DNA of 62,834 nt, filler included, from Rhabdomonas costata (lineage: Eukaryota): the NCBI GenBank assembly GCA_019059605.1. It is 29 parts of 29 records of this genome, joined end to end, with 100 filler letters (N's around TTAATTAATTAA, not from the genome) between each part and the next. Parts side by side here need not be neighbours in the genome. Positions count along the whole stretch, not along the records: positions 58,597 to 60,665 come from JAHMHO010005916.1; positions 60,766 to 62,834 come from JAHMHO010005917.1; 27 more parts are not named here. The stretch is one strand, 5' to 3'. A program made the position numbers and the translations under genes. A model generated the notes under the pieces. The model searched no databases. It saw nothing but the letters and a program-made list of their open reading frames with translations, and was not told the DNA's origin. Shown here piece by piece: positions 58,597 to 62,834 of the stretch. The number at the start of each line of letters is the position of its first letter. Positions within the stretch are counted from its first letter, which is position 1.

Positions 58597-60500
58597 GGTT
58601 GGGGGGGTTTGTGCAGTCAAACCCGCTGCTGGTGGTACCGCTTGCCCGCGGCATCCTCAGTGGCCTCGAGGGCACCCCCAAGAGCGACCTTCAGGAACGC
58701 AGCGATGGAGTCCTCCTCCGCGCAGGACAGCACACCGGAGTACTGACCGACCTGCTGCTCCAGAACGGCAGTCTCCTCCACGGGCAGGTCCCCTGTTAAG
58801 GTTTCCAAAATTTCAAACAAGAAGTAGCTGAACACAATCTGTTTCAATACGACTTCAATGCCGTGAATAACGGGGCGTTAGGGCACTCAACGAGACCGAC
58901 GGTATACATCAAAGAATGGGGACTGCCGTGGAGGAGACCTATCATCTTCACGGCGCGCTCCCATAGCTGCTGGCTCAGCTCTGGCGGCCTCAGAGAGATC
59001 GCCCCGAAACCCTCGGCGCGGAAAAACTTCGCGAAGATGCACCCGCAGCCCAGCACGTCTACCGAGGGGCTCAGTGCAGGCCGCCGCTGGGCAGCCACCG
59101 GGTCAGACAGAAGCTGAGCCTCACTGAAGTCCGCGAGCTTCACGCTTAGGGTCCTCGTGGCGCGGTTCTCCACCAGAACCACGCACTCGGGGTGTAGGCG
59201 GCCATGCACCACGCCAGCCTGCCGGGAAGCAGCGCATCAAAAAACGGGTGGGGAATTTTCTTATTTTAGCGGAAAACGAACGGAAATCGGAATTCCTCCT
59301 GAAATACTGGGGTCGGTCCTTTCATTCTCGGCCGGTATCTGAGTAAACTTGCCCTTTAGCGCCCTCCTCACTACTGACCGCACTTGCAATGTATCTGCAC
59401 CGAGCACATAGCTGTGCTCACGAACCTGAGTGATTATCCCCCCGGTTTTTCGGCAGAAGCTTGTGCACCGTGAAGGTGAGAATACATGAAAACCAAGTGA
59501 AAATTCAAAATGAAAAAAATTTGCTATTCCACAGTCATACCAGAGCCACCATACGCTAAAACCGGATATTCTTTGCTGCTGCAATGGATCCTCGGCAGCG
59601 CAAATTCGACTACATCGGCTGGCGAAGAATTCCTCGCCATATTTTCCCGTGAAAAAGGCACAGCCACGGGGACAAAAGACAAAAATTCACACGCACAGTC
59701 TTTATTGGCAAGTGGGAAAGGTTCCAAGTCAAAGTCTATACCTTTCCTCATCCGCGATTTCAGGATTGCGGATGTTCGTTGCTCTTGCTTGCGCCCTCGC
59801 ACGGGATGGGTTTCACTCATATCCTTGCCCTGCCTATAGAACAGCGGGTGAGCAGTGAACCAACCCTCGGATAGAAAATGCCACAGCGACCTTATGAGCG
59901 AAGTACACGCCCGAAAGCAGCTGGAAGGGCAACTCGGTCAGCTCCGTTTTTGAGAAGGAGTGCCCCGCGTTGAGCAGCGCCTGTAGCGCTGAGAAATACC
60001 CAGAGAGAGTGTCTAAGATAGGGTAAAACGTGCGAACGCTGAGCAGAGGAGAGAGAGTGTGTGTAAGATAGGGTAAAAGGCGTGGACGCTGATCGATCTC
60101 ATGTGCTGCATGAGAGACTTCGAACACCGCGGAGTGGAGTTGTTGGATCTTTATCAGCAAGAGAGAGAGAGAGAGCAAGAGGATGTAAGCGAGGGTGAAA
60201 GGGGTGAATTCTGAGCTGAGCAGCTGACTGATCTCATGCGTTACTGGAGTGACGGGTCTTTCGATCCTGGGGAGTAGTTGGGTCATCACCAGCAAGGGGC
60301 ACCAATCCGTCTGGCCTGGACACCCCGACCGGCCAGGCTGGCTCAATGGCTGACATCCTGTACCACATACTTGTGCTTGCCCAGTCGTTGACGGTGATCA
60401 GGAGGGTGGGCTCGTTCACTTTGTTCCAAAGCACCCCTCGCAAGGGCAACGCGCAGCGCAGGCCGGCCCGGGAGGTCACGTCGATCTCCAAAAGCATCTG
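58597..60500 (-). CDS. Kinase-fold protein, probable pseudokinase, multi-exon
   Basis: FQLLSGVYFAHK (exon ~59891-59988) splices to AGVVHGRLHPECVVLV..VKLADFSEA..VDVLGCGCIF (exon 58939-59218). Subdomains VIa-IX are recognisable. Confidence 0.72.
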
Positions 60501-61439
60501 CCGAGTTCTTTCTGCGGACTAAACAAACAAAGAACGAAACAAAAAAGCAAGCACACGACGGCGCTGGTACACTCATGACCCCCTATCAGTGCTTTTATGC
60601 CCCACCCCCTCCTCAGTAGGGTGGTTCCACCCTATTTGGGCTGTGAACTGGTGCTTTGAGAGAGTNNNNNNNNNNNNNNNNNNNNNNNNNNNNNNNNNNN
60701 NNNNNNNNNTTAATTAATTAANNNNNNNNNNNNNNNNNNNNNNNNNNNNNNNNNNNNNNNNNNNNTGTTTTGGGTGTTGGTGCAACCAACAGTGGTAGGA
60801 CTGCTGTGACCAACATCAACATCGCTAGTACTACTGCACGTGGGTTCCTTAGCAGTGGTTGTACCGATACATATACGTACGGTTGTACCGACTATGCTAA
60901 GTCCAGCACCCAGCCTCCTACGGGATGTGATGCAGCGCCAGACTCCCTGGGGCTCGCAGGCATTGCCATACATGTGAGTATGGTTACCCAGCAAGCTCAC
61001 CCCAGGCACCAACATCGGGCTTAGTGACGTGGGTTGAGTGGCATACACCACCGGTCACCACGCTCCTTGCCTCATGTGGGGCTGGTTTACGCTATAGCCT
61101 GGCCTCCATCACCAGGACTTTCATCCTACGCCCAACTACGCAGGGTATCTCACTGCGACTCCTACGCATAGGGTCAACGTAACACGTGGTTCCAGCATCG
61201 CTGAGTTACATCGCGGATCGAGCGCCTTGGTTCAACTTCACCTCATGCGTCCATGGGTTACTGACCTCGTGAGCATCGTCGTTGTTGTCATCGTGTGTGA
61301 GTATAGTGTTATGCGGTGTCTCTGATCTCCTCGGTCGTCTCACAGCTCGGTAGGACCCGGCCTTGCCTGTCGGTCAACATGCCTGTGACTGTGGATCGCC
61401 CTCCCTTCCTTAATGTTGGCCCTCCAACGATGGAAATCC

Positions 61440-61830
61440 CGAAGGAAATCCGCGAACCCGAAACCGAACCCAGAGACCTACGAAGAGTGAAACCAAAGAC
61501 CCAAAGGCAAGAAATCCCAACACCTGAAGACCAAAACCCAAAGACCTAAAGACCCGAACCCCCAAAAACCCAAATACCCGAATACCCGATACCACGAAAT
61601 CCTCGACTCGGAGACACGAATACCAACCCGAAGGCAGAAGAAGAACCCATAACCCAAATACCGAAGACCGAACTCAGAACTCAGAAGAAAGAACCCCAAA
61701 GACCGAACCCCGAAGACCTGAAGACCAAACCCAGAACCCAAACCCCTAAGACCGAAGGCAGAATCCAAACCCGAAAGCAAAAACCAAAACCCCAAATACC
61801 GAAATACGAAAACCGAACCCCAAATTCCAA
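61440..61830. repeat. Degenerate A/C-rich minisatellite (ACCCGAA/CCCAAA/ACCGAA units)
   Basis: About 400 bp of short variant units, strongly strand-asymmetric (few T on the + strand). Confidence 0.85.
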
Positions 61831-62049
61831 ATTCTTGATTTCTGGATTTCTGCGTGAATACCCACTGCGAAACCAAAAATAAGATATCCATCTATCCCGG
61901 GGCCAAAGGTTGAACAACCAAATGTCAAACCTTTGTGCATCCCTGATTTGCGGGATTTTCATAAGCGTAAAATTGTCTTCCCCTAAACACGCCCACCTAC
62001 ACATGCACACCATCAGCAACATGGACTCTGTGGAGAGGTAACCCGGGAA

Positions 62050-62834
62050 CGACGGTGAGGCCTGCTCCCAGGCGCTGAGGGGGGCAAAAACTTCTGGTCG
62101 GGCTGAAGCAGGCCCACCCAAATCACTCGGGCGCCGGCCGCCGCGACGAAGGCGGAGATGTTGGCAGCGCTGGTGTACACGAGATAGGTGCTGAACGGGA
62201 TGTACTGGCACGGCTGCAGAGAGGGAGATTGTGTGCGTGTGTGGGAGAGCGTATGTTTGTGTGCGGGCGCATAGTGCGACTGCTGATTGCTGTGGATTGA
62301 GGGCTGCACGCGCTGTTGCCACGGGTGCTCGCGAGAGATATACCTTCGGACCGAAGTGTGCTGTGGGTACCGGCTCAACGCCGAACGTTCCACATGGGTA
62401 ACAGCTTCTGCCCCACGGGTCCCATTGCCGCACACCACCGTGCTCACCTCGGTAGCATGGTGTTCTAGGGTCTTTTCTTTATTATACAAGTATACCACCC
62501 CTGCACTCACCGACGCTCCATGCCATGCAATTTCAGGGTGAATTCTGATACTGCAGCGGCAGTGAGCGCATGCCAAGACCCTAGAAGGGATGCTTCGATG
62601 CTCACAAGGCGCACCCACACCTGGGGGCTGAAGAAAGCCGCGAGATCCTCCGCGGCGGAGGCGTTGCTCCTCGCGTACGCGCTCGAGTTCACCTGGATCA
62701 GGAACTGCCCTGCCTCTCCCGAGCTCAGGGAGCTGAGGTTCAGAGAGGGTGTCTGAACGGGGTCCACCGTTACGGTTTTCAAGATAATCAACTCGGCACT
62801 CGCCGAGGGGACCCCCCAGAAAGAACCCACAACC
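62050..62834 (-). CDS. Two exons of an uncharacterised protein
   Basis: Exon ~62621-62834 (ELIILKTVTVDPVQTP..DLAAFFSPQ, then GT) and exon ~62050-62214 (PCQYIPFSTYLVYTSAANISAFVAAAGARVIWVG). Confidence 0.5.

Larger units (their letters stand above)
2073..60765. other. 28 artificial contig linkers (44 N + TTAATTAATTAA + 44 N) joining 29 contigs of about 2.07 kb
   Basis: Identical 100-nt spacers start at 2073, 4245, 6417, 8589, 10760, 12931, 15100, 17271, 19442, 21612, 23783, 25953, 28119, 30289, 32459, 34629, 36801, 38971, 41141, 43311, 45481, 47651, 49821, 51991, 54160, 56329, 58497 and 60666. TTAATTAATTAA gives stops in all six frames. Confidence 0.99.

Noticed and set aside
60002..60092. GAGTGTCTA resemblance to the euglenid spliced leader
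   Set aside because: It is part of a local ~50-bp tandem duplication and lacks the T-tract-CG|GT end of the SL exon.
2073..60765. Regularly spaced TTAATTAATTAA as a CRISPR-like or biological repeat; ~2-kb units as nanochromosomes or minicircles
   Set aside because: The motif sits inside fixed N-runs (an artificial linker). Contigs are length-sorted gene fragments cut mid-gene, and their ends match a WGA primer, not telomeres.
61478..62433. Long ORFs 61681-62433 and 61478-61891
   Set aside because: They result from low-complexity repeat sequence and off-frame reading of real exons.
1..62834. Operon or defence-system reading of neighbouring genes
   Set aside because: Neighbours across linkers are unrelated contigs and the DNA is eukaryotic.

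Overview
This is not one locus. It is 29 unrelated contigs of about 2.07 kb each (roughly length-sorted), joined by 28 identical artificial 100-nt linkers (N44-TTAATTAATTAA-N44), so no synteny or operon logic holds across linkers. The DNA is eukaryotic and intron-rich, with GC-rich exons and mostly GT-AG introns. Gene content suggests a euglenid or other euglenozoan; this is inference, based on several Cache/HAMP receptor adenylate cyclase pieces, a tryparedoxin-like protein and a nuclear ND8/NDUFS8-like exon. Contig ends carry G/T-only tails and fragments of the GenomePlex-type WGA primer, so the data are whole-genome amplified and chimeras or errors are possible. Gene fragments recognised from motifs: HELQ/POLQ-type helicase, MBL hydrolase, GT17 glycosyltransferase, kinesin-light-chain-type TPR protein, AcuI/YhdH reductase, AMP deaminase-like protein, DNAAF1/ODA7, class III adenylate cyclase, a kinase and a pseudokinase, EDR2_C (DUF1336) protein, tryparedoxin/nucleoredoxin, MPP-alpha/QCR2, RPN6 and a tandem-Cache protein. 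No rRNA, tRNA, SL RNA or CRISPR array was found. I cannot demonstrate a new multi-gene system. The best leads are a GA-AG intron required by a conserved cyclase motif, a bacterial-type AcuI gene with a 5-nt micro-exon, a spliced nuclear ND8-like Fe-S protein, a contig with a 1972-bp terminal direct repeat (circle or tandem unit), TpA-enriched decayed repeats (possible RIP-like mutation), and hairpin/MITE-like elements.
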